The position numbers were made by a program, and so were the translations under genes. From the NCBI GenBank assembly GCA_965223415.1, contig OZ245002.1, positions 1,440,001 to 1,504,000 on the forward strand: 64,000 nt of DNA, in the 5' to 3' direction. A model generated the notes under the pieces. That model did no database searches, was not told the origin of the DNA, and saw only the letters and a list, made by a program, of their open reading frames with translations. The DNA comes from Myxococcota bacterium (lineage in GTDB: Bacteria > Myxococcota_A > UBA9160 > UBA6930). Positions 18,979-30,766 of the stretch are shown here, piece after piece (within the stretch, counting starts at the first letter, position 1; every line of letters starts with the position of its first letter).

Positions 18979-19530
18979 ATGCCCACGAGACTGATCGACC
19001 GGATCGGCGCCCTGCTGCGCGCCGATGCCCACGGCGTGGTGGACGCCCTGGAGGAGCGCGGCCTGCTGCTGCGCCAGGCCCTCCGCGAGGCCGAGCTCGA
19101 GCTGCTGCAAAAGCGCGCCCGGGTCGCGGCGCTGACCGAGGAGGAGGCTCGCCTGCAGGACGAGCGCGAGCGCAAGCAGGCCGCCGTCGCCCAGCTCGAC
19201 GAGGACGTGGCGCTGGCCCTGGCCGGCGACAAGGAGGAGCTCGCCCGCTTCGCGGTGAGGCGGCTGCTACCGGAGCGGCGGGAGCTCGGCGCCCTCGGCG
19301 TGCAGATCGAGGAGGTCCAGGCGACCCGGGAAAAGCTCGAGGTGCGCCTCGCGGAGCAGGAGGAGGCCTTCACGGCCCTCCGCACCCGCGCGCGCGCCCA
19401 GCTCGCGAAGCCTGTGCGTCCGGACCTGGACGACACCCTTGCCGATGCGGGCGGTCCCGACGTCGCCGACGAGGAGATCGAGCTCGAGCTGCTGCGCCGC
19501 CGCGGCACGCTGGCGGGAGGAGCGGCGTGA
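18979..19530 (+). CDS. PspA/IM30 family protein
   Basis: RIGALLRADAHGVVDALEE..LLLRQALRE, ALALAGDKEELARFA, coiled coil, DEEIELEL C-terminus; AAAGGAG SD. Confidence 0.8.
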   Translation: MPTRLIDRIGALLRADAHGVVDALEERGLLLRQALREAELELLQKRARVAALTEEEARLQDERERKQAAVAQLDEDVALALAGDKEELARFAVRRLLPERRELGALGVQIEEVQATREKLEVRLAEQEEAFTALRTRARAQLAKPVRPDLDDTLADAGGPDVADEEIELELLRRRGTLAGGAA

Positions 19531-20072
19531 TGGCGTGGCACGGATTCGTGCGGACGATCCTGTTCGGCGGCCTCGCGGCGGCGGGCTGGCCCGCGGCGGC
19601 GCTCCTGCTGCGCCCGGTCGCCGACCCGAGCGGCGCCCTGGCGGTGTACCTGCTCGCGGTGGCGTCGGTCTACGTGGCCGGCCTCGGCGCGAGCGCACGC
19701 CGCGCCCTGGGCGCTGGCCTGCTCGCCACCTTCCTGAGCGCCCTCGTGCTGGCGCTGGCCCCGGGGCTCGGCGGCGTCCTCGCCGGCGCGGTGGGGGTCC
19801 TCGCGGTCGGTCGCGTGCGCCTCTTCCACCGCGGCGGGCTCGCCCGCACCCTCGCCGTCGAAAGCGCGACGCTGACCACCGGCCTGCTGCTCGCGAAGCT
19901 CGTCGCCGGGCCGGACCCGGTGCAGGTGGCCCTCGCCCTGTGGGCCTTCTTCCTGCCCCAGAGCCTGTACTTCCTGCTCGGCGGGCTCGCGCGACGCCGC
20001 GATCCGGACGAAGGGCTGGATCCGTTCGACCTGGCCTGCCACCGCGCCGAGGCCCTTCTCGAAGCTCAGTAG
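19530..20072 (+). CDS. Hypothetical multi-pass membrane protein coupled to the PspA-like gene
   Basis: TGATG overlap; about 5-6 hydrophobic segments; WAFFLPQSLYFL...DPFDLACHRAEALL tail. Confidence 0.7.
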   Translation: MAWHGFVRTILFGGLAAAGWPAAALLLRPVADPSGALAVYLLAVASVYVAGLGASARRALGAGLLATFLSALVLALAPGLGGVLAGAVGVLAVGRVRLFHRGGLARTLAVESATLTTGLLLAKLVAGPDPVQVALALWAFFLPQSLYFLLGGLARRRDPDEGLDPFDLACHRAEALLEAQ

Positions 20073-20533
20073 ACGCCGCCGAGCTTGCGGTGATCCCAGC
20101 TCACGACCCGCTCGGGCCGCACGCGGATCCCCGTGCGCTTCGGTGCGGTGCCGCGCACGGCAGCGCGCAGCTGGTCGGCGTCGATGTCGCCCTGGACGCT
20201 CTTCGCGTTGACCTGCACCAGGATCTCCACCACGTCGTCGGCCTCGGGCACCAGCTCGGCGGTGCCGTAGAGGACGGCGCCGCGGAGCTCCGCGTACTCG
20301 GTGCCGTCTTCCACGAGCAGGCTCACCCGCGGATCGCGCTCCAGGTTCCTGATCTTCTGGCTCTTCGTGAAGGTGCTCATCACGATGGCGCCATTGCCCT
20401 CCACGGCGAACCACATCGGCATCGGGTGGGGCACACCGTCCTTGCCGATCGAGTTGATGATGATCGTGTGAGCCGAGCCGACGAACTCCCGGAGCTCGTC
20501 TTCGGTCATCCGGATCTGGTCACGTCGGGACAC
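20066..20533 (-). CDS. Pyridoxamine 5'-phosphate oxidase-like (PPOX class, possibly F420-dependent) protein
   Basis: DGVPHPMPMWF, KSQKIRNLERDPRVSLLVE, YAELRG, VVSWDHRKLGG. Confidence 0.85.
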   Translation of the reverse strand: MSRRDQIRMTEDELREFVGSAHTIIINSIGKDGVPHPMPMWFAVEGNGAIVMSTFTKSQKIRNLERDPRVSLLVEDGTEYAELRGAVLYGTAELVPEADDVVEILVQVNAKSVQGDIDADQLRAAVRGTAPKRTGIRVRPERVVSWDHRKLGGVY

Positions 20534-20543
20534 GGGGCCTCCT

Positions 20544-23387
<2,844 letters not shown>

Positions 23388-23486
23388 TGGGGGGTGAGCG
23401 CCGGCAGCGAGCGGCGATCCGGGAGTGTCGGAGCTTTGTCCCGGCGGTGCCAGTGCGGAGGCTCCGCCTCTGCTACCTCTGCTGCC

Positions 23487-24203
23487 ATGCCCGACCTGGC
23501 CGCCCTGGCGATCCTCGGCTTGGCGGCCGGTCTCCAGGGCTTCCTGGGCTTCGGCTTCGGCATCGCCGCCATGTCCGGGCTCACCCTCTCCCACGACCTG
23601 CTGCACGCGGCCGGGGTGGTGAACCTCACGGGCCTGGTCACGACGAGCTGGCAGCTCCTGGCCCTGCGGCGCCACGTCCGGTGGCGGCCGGCGCTGCGCG
23701 TCCTGCCGACCCTCCTCGTCGGCATCGTGTTGGGCGTCTTCGCCCTCGGCACCTTCGATCGGGGCCTGATGGTGCGCGCCCTGGGCCTCACGACGATCGG
23801 AATCTCGCTCTGGAACCTGTGGCGCCCCCGGCTGCGCGCCACCGAGGCGCCGGCGGTGGATGCGGCCGTGGGGCTCGTGAGCGGCGCGTTGGGGGGCGCC
23901 TTCAATACCGGCGGCCCGCCGTTGATCGCCCACTTCTACAGCCGGGCCGACCCGCCGGAGGCGATCCGGGCCACGATCCAGCTGCTGTTCCTGACGATCG
24001 GCTCGGTACGGGCGCTGACGGCCACCAGTCAGGGGATGATCGATCGCAGCATCCTGATCGATGCGGCCGTCGCGATCCCTGCGGTCGTGGTGGGCCTGCT
24101 GGTGGGCTTCGCCATCGGCCGTCGCGTCGGCGCCCAGCGCTTCCGCACGGCGTCGTGGATCGCCCTGGGCCTGCTGGGGGCCGTGCTGGTCCTGCGGGCT
24201 TGA
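23487..24203 (+). CDS. Sulfite exporter TauE/SafE family protein
   Basis: AAGLQGFLGFGFG and SGALGGAFNTGGPP repeats; about 8 TMs. Confidence 0.85.
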   Translation: MPDLAALAILGLAAGLQGFLGFGFGIAAMSGLTLSHDLLHAAGVVNLTGLVTTSWQLLALRRHVRWRPALRVLPTLLVGIVLGVFALGTFDRGLMVRALGLTTIGISLWNLWRPRLRATEAPAVDAAVGLVSGALGGAFNTGGPPLIAHFYSRADPPEAIRATIQLLFLTIGSVRALTATSQGMIDRSILIDAAVAIPAVVVGLLVGFAIGRRVGAQRFRTASWIALGLLGAVLVLRA

Positions 24204-24244
24204 GCCGCTTCGCTACGCTCGGGCCGATTCCGGGGAGGACAAGG

Positions 24245-24721
24245 ATGATGGGGACGTTCACGATCCGCCGGTCGACGCCGGCGTTGGGCCTCGCGCTGGT
24301 GCTTCTCGCCGCGCCCACCTGGGCGGGCACGTCGGTGGGGAAGAAGATCCCGTACCACCCGCAGTCCGGCGCTTCGAACAACGTCAAGGAGAGCTGTGCC
24401 CTCGACACGAAGATCCCGGAGATCTTCGCGGAGGCCATCCCGGACGTCTCGGTCGGCGGCGGTGGGGCCCGGCTCGAGCTGATGATCCGCGACGTCCACG
24501 CCCCGCCGGCCGGCGCCTTCTCGGGCCCGAAGTGGGTGACGATCTACGGGACCCTGAAACGGGGCGGACGGGAGGTGGGCTCGTTCCGCGCCAAACGCAA
24601 CACGGTCTGGGGCTCCGGCACCTGCGGCATGCTCTACAAGTGCGTGGGCGCCATCGCCGACGACGTGAGCGAGTGGCTGAAGAACCCCACCAAGGACGCG
24701 AGGCTCGGCAACGCGAAGTAG
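24245..24721 (+). CDS. Hypothetical secreted protein
   Basis: GGGGAGG SD; signal peptide ending TWA; three Cys (SC...GTC..LYKC); coding-like composition. Confidence 0.7.
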   Translation: MMGTFTIRRSTPALGLALVLLAAPTWAGTSVGKKIPYHPQSGASNNVKESCALDTKIPEIFAEAIPDVSVGGGGARLELMIRDVHAPPAGAFSGPKWVTIYGTLKRGGREVGSFRAKRNTVWGSGTCGMLYKCVGAIADDVSEWLKNPTKDARLGNAK

Positions 24722-24723
24722 GG

Positions 24724-24819
24724 GTGAGACAAAGGGACGTTCCTTTCTGTCTCACTCCTCGTAGCGGAGATCGGCGCCCCTTCGGGAGTGAGACAGAAAG
24801 GAACGTCCCTTTGTCTCAC
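24724..24819. repeat. REP-like inverted doublet: two perfect 35-bp inverted copies, each itself palindromic
   Basis: 24724-24758 GTGAGACAAAGGGACGTTCCTTTCTGTCTCACTCC is the exact reverse complement of 24785-24819; 26-bp spacer. Confidence 0.9.
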
Positions 24820-25957
24820 TCTCCAGCACGTGCTCGGTGATTTCGGCTGGGGCAAGCAGGCGCATCGGCGGGCCCCAGAAGCCGGTGCCGCGGCTGACGT
24901 AGAGGTGGGAGCCGTTCTCCTCGTAGCAGCCGGCGACCCAGCGCACCGAGAGGCGGACCAGCCAGCGGAAGGGCCAGATCTGCCCGCCGTGGGTGTGCCC
25001 CGAGAGCTGCAGGTCCACGTCCCGTCGGCGGGCCTGCCGGAAGGTCGCCGGATCGTGGGCGAGCAGCACCAGCGGCTCCGCCGGATCCCTGCCTTCGAGG
25101 GCGCGGGGCAGATCTTCGGAGCTGCCGCGGGCCCAGTCGCCGCGGTGGTCGTCGACGCCGGCGAGCTCGAAGCTCGACGCTTCGCCTTCGATCCGCACGC
25201 GCTCGTTGCGAAGCACGCGGATGCCGAGCTCGCGGATGCGGGCCACCCAGGCCTCGTCGCCCGAGTAGATGTCGTGATTCCCGGTCACGAAGAAGACGCC
25301 GTGGCGCGCGCGCAGCTCACCGAAGGCTTCCACGTCGTGACGGAGCTTCTCCACGTGGCCGTCCACCAGGTCCCCGGTGATCGCGACGAGGTCCGCGTCC
25401 AGGGCGTTGACCCGCTCGACCAGGCGCTCGGCGAAGCCCTCTCCCAGGATCGGACCGATGTGGATGTCGCTGATCTGCACGATGCGCAGGCCGGCCAGGG
25501 CTTCGGGCCAACGGGGCAGCCGGTGCACCACCCGGCGCAGCGGCGGCGGACGCAGCCCGAAGAAGAGGCCCAGGGCAGCCAGCAGGCCGGTGCCGGCGGC
25601 CAGGGCCGCCGCCTTCGGCCCGGCCTCGAAGCCCGGGGCCCCCAGCCCCGACGCGAGCGCTTGCAGCAGGTCGATCGCGAGCGCCAGGTTCAGGCCGATC
25701 CAGAAGCAGCCCATCCAGAGCAGGAAGGGCCAGGAGAGGCGCCGAGTCCACGCGGCCGGGAGCGCCCGCTCGAGGGCCGGCTGGAGGACGGAGCCCGCGC
25801 CGAGGAGGCCGATCGCGAGAAGCGCCGCCCCGCGCAGGGGCCCGCCGAGGCCCGTGTCGAGGACGAGCCGCCGCGCCAGGTAGAGATGGGCGACCCCGAG
25901 GAGCGAGAGCGCGAGCGTGACCATCACGGTCACGAGCAGCAGGCGGCGGCGTTCCAT
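24752..25957 (-). CDS. Membrane-anchored metallophosphoesterase (YkuE/YaeI-like)
   Basis: N-terminal TMs; SDIHIG, TGDLVD, TGNHD, LAHDP, SGHTHGGQ, VSRGTGFWGPPMR..APAEI. Confidence 0.9.
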   Translation of the reverse strand: MERRRLLLVTVMVTLALSLLGVAHLYLARRLVLDTGLGGPLRGAALLAIGLLGAGSVLQPALERALPAAWTRRLSWPFLLWMGCFWIGLNLALAIDLLQALASGLGAPGFEAGPKAAALAAGTGLLAALGLFFGLRPPPLRRVVHRLPRWPEALAGLRIVQISDIHIGPILGEGFAERLVERVNALDADLVAITGDLVDGHVEKLRHDVEAFGELRARHGVFFVTGNHDIYSGDEAWVARIRELGIRVLRNERVRIEGEASSFELAGVDDHRGDWARGSSEDLPRALEGRDPAEPLVLLAHDPATFRQARRRDVDLQLSGHTHGGQIWPFRWLVRLSVRWVAGCYEENGSHLYVSRGTGFWGPPMRLLAPAEITEHVLESETKGRSFLSHSRRGADLRYEE

Positions 25958-26110
25958 GGCGCCGCAGTCTCGCAGATCCGCAGCGCCGGCGGCAGCTTGC
26001 GCACACTGCCTGCCGGTGCGCGTGCAGCAGTTGCCGATGATTGTGGTCTTCAGTTCTCGTCCGGTCCGCTCGATAACGCGTCCGAACTGCAACGGCATGG
26101 GGGGAACCAC

Positions 26111-26413
26111 ATGCGCCATCTCGTCCGAAAGCTTCTTGTCACGGCGGCCATCCTGGCCACCTTGTCCGCACCGGCCACGACCTTCGCGGCTTCGCGGATG
26201 GGCACGCTGGAGATCGAGAAGACGAACCCGATGTGGGACCTGTTCTTTCTGCGGCCGATGGGATTTGCCGGGCTCGCCGTGAGCGCCGCCTTCTGGGTTC
26301 CGGTCCAGGCCGTCTGCATGGTCACCCGGCCCACGGAGTGGAAGCAGCCGATCGACATGATGCTGAAGGAGCCGTACGAATTCGTGTTCGTGGATCCCGT
26401 CGGATCCCACTAG
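26111..26413 (+). CDS. Small hypothetical exported/membrane protein
   Basis: Signal peptide; DLFFLRPMG...P....F..P.G pattern; GGGGGA SD. Confidence 0.7.
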   Translation: MRHLVRKLLVTAAILATLSAPATTFAASRMGTLEIEKTNPMWDLFFLRPMGFAGLAVSAAFWVPVQAVCMVTRPTEWKQPIDMMLKEPYEFVFVDPVGSH

Positions 26414-26455
26414 CCGGGACTATCGCCCGAGGGGGGCTCCCCGAGGGCTGATTCC

Positions 26456-26493
26456 AGCGGCCGCTCGCCATCGCGGGCGGCCGCTCTTTGTTT
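26456..26493 (+). terminator. Intrinsic terminator between convergent genes
   Basis: AGCGGCCGC...GCGGCCGCT stem followed by CTTTGTTT. Confidence 0.6.
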
Positions 26494-26499
26494 CCGCGC

Positions 26500-27486
26500 T
26501 CACCAGCCGCGAAGGTCGACGGGCCAGCGCTCGAGCACCTGCTCGCCCTCGACCGCGTACAGCCACTCGTGATAGGCGGCGGTGGGATCGACGTGGGCGG
26601 GCAGCAGGCGGATCCTCTCTCCGACCCGGACGGGCGCCTCGGGCGCGAAGGTCACGTGCTCGTCGGAGCAGAACCAGACGCGGCCGCCGCCCAGGATCTC
26701 GGGATTGCCGTGGTCCATTCCCAGGGCCTTCAGGCCGCAGTCGGCCACGGCGTAGGTGTCGGAAACGGAGAGGACCGTCGCCTCGAGCTGGAGGGCGCAG
26801 CGGAAGGGCAGCCCGAGGGCGCGATACGCGGTGTCCATCAGGGCGTAGGAGCCGGCCTGGATCTCCGTCGCCACGCGATTCAGGTCGTAGCTCCCGGTCC
26901 CACCCGCGGAGACCACCTCCCCGCCCACGTCCGCGTGGGCGGCTGCCAGGAGCGACATCGCATCGTGGACCCCTTCGGCCTGCTTGTCGCGATCGGCCAC
27001 AAGCATCAGGTGGCCCTCGTAACCCATCACCCCGCGGACCTGGAGGCCCTGGCCGCGGGCGCGGTCGGCGAGCTCACCGGCGCGCTCCGGCGCGCAACCG
27101 CAGCGGGGCAGGCCCACGTTCACGTCGATCAGTACCTCGCCCACACCACCCCGCGCCGCGGCTTCGATGGTCTGGGGGGAGTCCACGGCCACCGTCACCC
27201 GCGCGTCGAGGGCGCCGAGCCGGCGAGCATCGAGCACCTCGTTCGCGAGCAGCAGGTCGTCGCCGAGGCCGGCGGCGGCCATGCCCTCCATCTCCCGGAT
27301 CGTCGCGCAGGTGAATCCGGTGTGACCGTGGGCCGCCTGCCGGCGGGCCAGGGCCGTGCACTTGTGGGCCTTCACGTGGGGACGCAGGCGCGGGCCCGGC
27401 AGGGCTTCGCTCATGGTCGCCAGGTTGTGCTCGAGGTCGGCGGCCGCGACCAGCAGCGCCGGTGTGGGAAGTTCCGAGGTCCGCAT
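26500..27486 (-). CDS. DSD1 / D-threonine aldolase-like PLP enzyme (alanine racemase fold)
   Basis: LPTPALLV, LRPHVKAHK, RCG, GYEGH, SAGGTG, EIQAGSYALMD, SDEH, PAHVDPT. Confidence 0.85.
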   Translation of the reverse strand: MRTSELPTPALLVAAADLEHNLATMSEALPGPRLRPHVKAHKCTALARRQAAHGHTGFTCATIREMEGMAAAGLGDDLLLANEVLDARRLGALDARVTVAVDSPQTIEAAARGGVGEVLIDVNVGLPRCGCAPERAGELADRARGQGLQVRGVMGYEGHLMLVADRDKQAEGVHDAMSLLAAAHADVGGEVVSAGGTGSYDLNRVATEIQAGSYALMDTAYRALGLPFRCALQLEATVLSVSDTYAVADCGLKALGMDHGNPEILGGGRVWFCSDEHVTFAPEAPVRVGERIRLLPAHVDPTAAYHEWLYAVEGEQVLERWPVDLRGW

Positions 27487-28205
27487 CAAGCGGAGTGTGA
27501 CACGGGAACCTCTCTCACGTACGAGCCCGTGAAGCCGGCAGCGCCGATGCCCATGTAGGCCTCATCGCCTGCCTCGATCCACTCCCCGGTGGCAGCGCAG
27601 CGCTGGCGCGTGTTCAGCACGACCGGCTGCCAGGCCACCACGTCAGGGAAGGGCGACGCCTCCGGCCGCTCCGGGGCCCGGGACGGCTCGGCAGGACGGG
27701 GCGGCTCGCCCGCGCGCCCGGCCTCCTCCCGCGCGGCGTTCCGCTCCCGGGCCTTCTGGGCCAGCCGGTCGACAGTGTCGGCGAATCGCTCGGCCGCTCG
27801 CCCCACCTGTTCGCTGGCCTTCTCCATCGTCTCGCGGAAGCGCTCCTCCCGCACCCCGCGGCTCTCCCGGAAGCGGTGGACCCGCTCGCTCGCGCGCTCG
27901 GCCTCGCCCAGCACCTCGTCCAGCAGGTCGCCGACATCGTCGGTCACCCGCTCGGCGGCGCTGAAGGCCTCCTCGAGGACGTTGCGGACGAGGTTCGAGA
28001 CCGGCACCCGCAGATCGTCGGCGATGGCCCGGATGTCCTCCGCCAGCTGCTCGGAGATCCGGGTGTGGAGGATGCGCTCCTTCCGGTCCCGCCCGCGGCC
28101 GGGTTCGCGAACGCGTTCCCGCTTGTGAGAATCCCCTTTCTCTCCGGGGCCTTGGCGGCCGCTTCCGTTTTCGCCTCGAGTGCCGTCGGAATTGTGTTCG
28201 CTCAT
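27486..28205 (-). CDS. Hypothetical protein with predicted ribbon-helix-helix domain and helical middle region
   Basis: RILHTRISEQLAEDIRAIADDLRVPVSNLVRNVLEEAF fits a beta-alpha-alpha RHH pattern; stop overlaps the downstream ATG (TGATG). Confidence 0.65.
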   Translation of the reverse strand: MSEHNSDGTRGENGSGRQGPGEKGDSHKRERVREPGRGRDRKERILHTRISEQLAEDIRAIADDLRVPVSNLVRNVLEEAFSAAERVTDDVGDLLDEVLGEAERASERVHRFRESRGVREERFRETMEKASEQVGRAAERFADTVDRLAQKARERNAAREEAGRAGEPPRPAEPSRAPERPEASPFPDVVAWQPVVLNTRQRCAATGEWIEAGDEAYMGIGAAGFTGSYVREVPVSHSA

Positions 28206-28213
28206 GGAGCTCA

Positions 28214-28241
28214 ATCGTATTACGTTGTCACACAATGTCAA
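28214..28241 (-). promoter_or_regulatory. Sigma70-type promoter overlapped by a TGACA direct repeat
   Basis: Minus strand TTGACA-16 bp-TACGAT, 8 nt before the ATG at 28205; TGACA repeated with 10-bp period. Confidence 0.6.
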
Positions 28242-28282
28242 CTGATCCGCATCACCCCCTGGAAACCGGTAGCCTCCGCGCC

Positions 28283-29005
28283 ATGCCGGCCGCTCTCGAG
28301 CTCGACGCCGCCTCCAAGCAGTACGGCCCGCGGACGGCCCTGGCCGAGGTGAGCTTCGAGGTGGAGCCGGGCAGCGCGGTGGGCCTGTTGGGGCCGAACG
28401 GGGCGGGCAAGACGACGGCCCTGCGCCTGCTGCTGGGCCTCGCCCGCCCGAGCGGCGGCCAGGTGAGGCTGCGCGGCCTGGCGCCGGGCCAGGCGGAGGC
28501 CCGGGCCGGGCTGGGCTACCTCCCGGAACGCCTCGCCCTGCCCGGCCGGATGAGCGTACGCGGCTTCCTCTCGCTCCAGGCGGCCCTCGCCGGGCTGCGC
28601 GGCGCCGATCGCGACCAGGACGTGGAAGAGGCCATGCAACGGGTCGGCGTGCCGGATCGCGCGGGCGACCGGCTGGGCGCCCTTTCGAAGGGCCTGCGGC
28701 AGCGGGTCGGCTTCGCCCAGGCCTTCCTGGCCCAGCCGGACCTCCTGCTCCTCGACGAGCCCACCTCCGGGCTCGACCCCCTCGGCATCCGCGACGCCCG
28801 GGACTGGATCGCCCGGGAGCGCGAGCGCGGCTGCACGGTGCTGGTCAGCTCCCACGTGCTCTCGGAGGTGGAGCAGGTCTGCGACCGGGTGGTCATCCTC
28901 CACGAGGGCCGGGTGGTCGGGAGCGGCCCGACCGGGGAGATCGTGCGCCACGGCGAGACCCTGGAAGACGCCTTCGTGCGGCTCGTGCGGGGTGAGGGCC
29001 CGTGA
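28283..29005 (+). CDS. ABC-2 type transporter ATP-binding protein
   Basis: GPNGAGKTT, LSKGLRQR, LLLDEPTSGLD, SSH. Confidence 0.93.
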   Translation: MPAALELDAASKQYGPRTALAEVSFEVEPGSAVGLLGPNGAGKTTALRLLLGLARPSGGQVRLRGLAPGQAEARAGLGYLPERLALPGRMSVRGFLSLQAALAGLRGADRDQDVEEAMQRVGVPDRAGDRLGALSKGLRQRVGFAQAFLAQPDLLLLDEPTSGLDPLGIRDARDWIARERERGCTVLVSSHVLSEVEQVCDRVVILHEGRVVGSGPTGEIVRHGETLEDAFVRLVRGEGP

Positions 29006-29814
29006 AGGAGCTGCACGCCTTGCACGGGCTCGGCGCGCTCACCCTCGAAGCGGTGCGCGATGCGATCCGCCGCCGCGTCGTCGCCGCCGTCGCGGTCCTC
29101 TCGGTGCTCTCGCTGATGGTCGTCGACAGCTGCTCCGGCTGCTCGAGCGGCACCGTGACGGCGAACGGTCAGGTTCAGGAGATGATCGAGATCGCCGGCT
29201 ACGGTGCGTCCGCCACCTTCGTCGTCCTCGGACTGTGGGTGATCACCTTGGCGGGCGTGCTCGCGGCGGACCACCTGACCCAGACCTTGGAGGACGGCAC
29301 GGCGCTGCTCTCGCTCACCCGTCCCGTGCGCCGGGAGGTCTTCGCCTTCTCCCGCCTGTGTGGAACGCTGGGCATCGTGGCGCTCACCGGCCTGATCTTG
29401 CTAGGCGGGACCGCCTTTCTCTTCGCGACCCGCAACGATCTCCCGCTCGGCCCCGCGGCCGTCGCCGGTGCGGCTTGCGGCCTCGGGGCAATCGCGGTCG
29501 CGAGCCTGGCGATGACGGCCTCGCTCTACCTGCCCCGCCTCGCCACCTGGCTGGGCGTGGTCGGCGCCGTGGGCGTGATCGCCATCGCCGGGGGCCTGGG
29601 GCTGACGCCGCTCGAGCACGAAGGCTGGCTCGCCTGGGTCGGGGACTACGGCCCTCCGCTCCTCCACGCAATGGCGGCGCCCCTCGCCGCCTGGATGGAG
29701 GAGGTGACCCTTCCCTACGGCCCCTTCGATCTCTGGCCGCGGCTCCTGTTCTGGGACGCGGTGGGCCTCGCCGCCCTCGCCGTGGCCTTCCGGCGCCGCG
29801 AGATCGCCACCTGA
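29002..29814 (+). CDS. ABC-2 type transporter permease
   Basis: TLEAVRDAIRRR N-terminus, LTRPVRREVF, about 6 TMs, C-terminal FRRREI. Confidence 0.8.
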   Translation: MKELHALHGLGALTLEAVRDAIRRRVVAAVAVLSVLSLMVVDSCSGCSSGTVTANGQVQEMIEIAGYGASATFVVLGLWVITLAGVLAADHLTQTLEDGTALLSLTRPVRREVFAFSRLCGTLGIVALTGLILLGGTAFLFATRNDLPLGPAAVAGAACGLGAIAVASLAMTASLYLPRLATWLGVVGAVGVIAIAGGLGLTPLEHEGWLAWVGDYGPPLLHAMAAPLAAWMEEVTLPYGPFDLWPRLLFWDAVGLAALAVAFRRREIAT

Positions 29815-29831
29815 CGCGCCTCGGAGGTTCC

Positions 29832-30302
29832 ATGACCCGACTCGTCCTCTATGTCGCCATCCTCGGCCTCTTCGCCTGCGGCGGACCGATCGGCCCGTTC
29901 TCCGGCGGACGGCTCTCCGGTGATGCGGGCCCGCTGGAGATCGCCGACTGGGGCTTCGCGAAGGACCACGAGAATGCCCAGCTCGAGGTGCATCCCGCCG
30001 ATCCACACTCGGTGAACACCTGGTGCGTCGGCCTGGGCCCGAGCCTCTACGTGCCCACCTCCATGATCCTCGGCCCGGCAAACCCGGAGGAGCGCGAGTG
30101 GGTCGGCCACGTGACGAAGGACCCGGACGTGCGCATTCGCATTGGAGGCGTCGTCTATGCGCGCACCGCCGTGCGCGTCACCGACCCAGCCGAGTACGAA
30201 GCGGCGCTGCGCGCACTGGAAGCGAAGTACGACGAGGATCCGGCGGACCGGGAGCCGGAACGCGTGATCTGGATCTTCCGACTGGATCCGCGCGCGGGCT
30301 AG
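29832..30302 (+). CDS. Hypothetical lipoprotein (possible split-barrel fold)
   Basis: GGAGG SD; lipobox LFAC; PHSVNTW...W...DPDVRIRIGG...IFRLDPR. Confidence 0.65.
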   Translation: MTRLVLYVAILGLFACGGPIGPFSGGRLSGDAGPLEIADWGFAKDHENAQLEVHPADPHSVNTWCVGLGPSLYVPTSMILGPANPEEREWVGHVTKDPDVRIRIGGVVYARTAVRVTDPAEYEAALRALEAKYDEDPADREPERVIWIFRLDPRAG

Positions 30303-30310
30303 CCTCGAAG

Positions 30311-30724
30311 TCAGGCCGGTGCGTCGAGGTACGACTCGGCGAGCCACTCCCGGATCTCGTCGTCGAAGTCCTCGGCTCGCTCGAGCCGTACGAAGTGCAC
30401 GGTTCGGTTCGCAGACATGCGAACCGTGCGTCGGACCCGCGGGTGCTTCATGCAGCGGCCGAGCTTGAACGAGAGCTCGACCGAGTCCTTCCGCGGTCGG
30501 AGCTCGCAGAACGTGCCGGACCGCTTGACGAGAATGCCGATCTCGACCGGCTCGATCACGAGCGGTCCGAGCTTCTTCAGGAAGCCCACGGCAGCCCGGT
30601 AGGTGCCTCGGCGCTCCTTCGGCTGCGCCGCGAGGAACGACTGCAGGGTCATGCCCGGCTCGCAGTGGTGGCCCTGCCCACGACGACCGAACGGCCGCCC
30701 GCAGTCCGGACAGGTCCACTTCAT
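30311..30724 (-). CDS. DUF5655-like protein with N-terminal zinc-binding motif
   Basis: WTCPDCGRPF....GHHC; C-terminal DDEIREWLAESY. Confidence 0.7.
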   Translation of the reverse strand: MKWTCPDCGRPFGRRGQGHHCEPGMTLQSFLAAQPKERRGTYRAAVGFLKKLGPLVIEPVEIGILVKRSGTFCELRPRKDSVELSFKLGRCMKHPRVRRTVRMSANRTVHFVRLERAEDFDDEIREWLAESYLDAPA

Positions 30725-30766
30725 CGAGGGAAGCCATCGAAGCTTCCACCTCTCCGTCCGGACGAG

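Noticed and set aside
24724..24819. Possible CRISPR mini-array (35-bp palindromic units with a 26-bp spacer)
   Set aside because: The two units are exact inverted copies rather than direct repeats, there are only two, and no cas genes are present.
25996..26010. CTTGCGCACA as the matching right end of the IS5 relic
   Set aside because: It lies about 19.5 kb upstream in an outward-facing arrangement, matches only 10 bp and has no CTAG flank.
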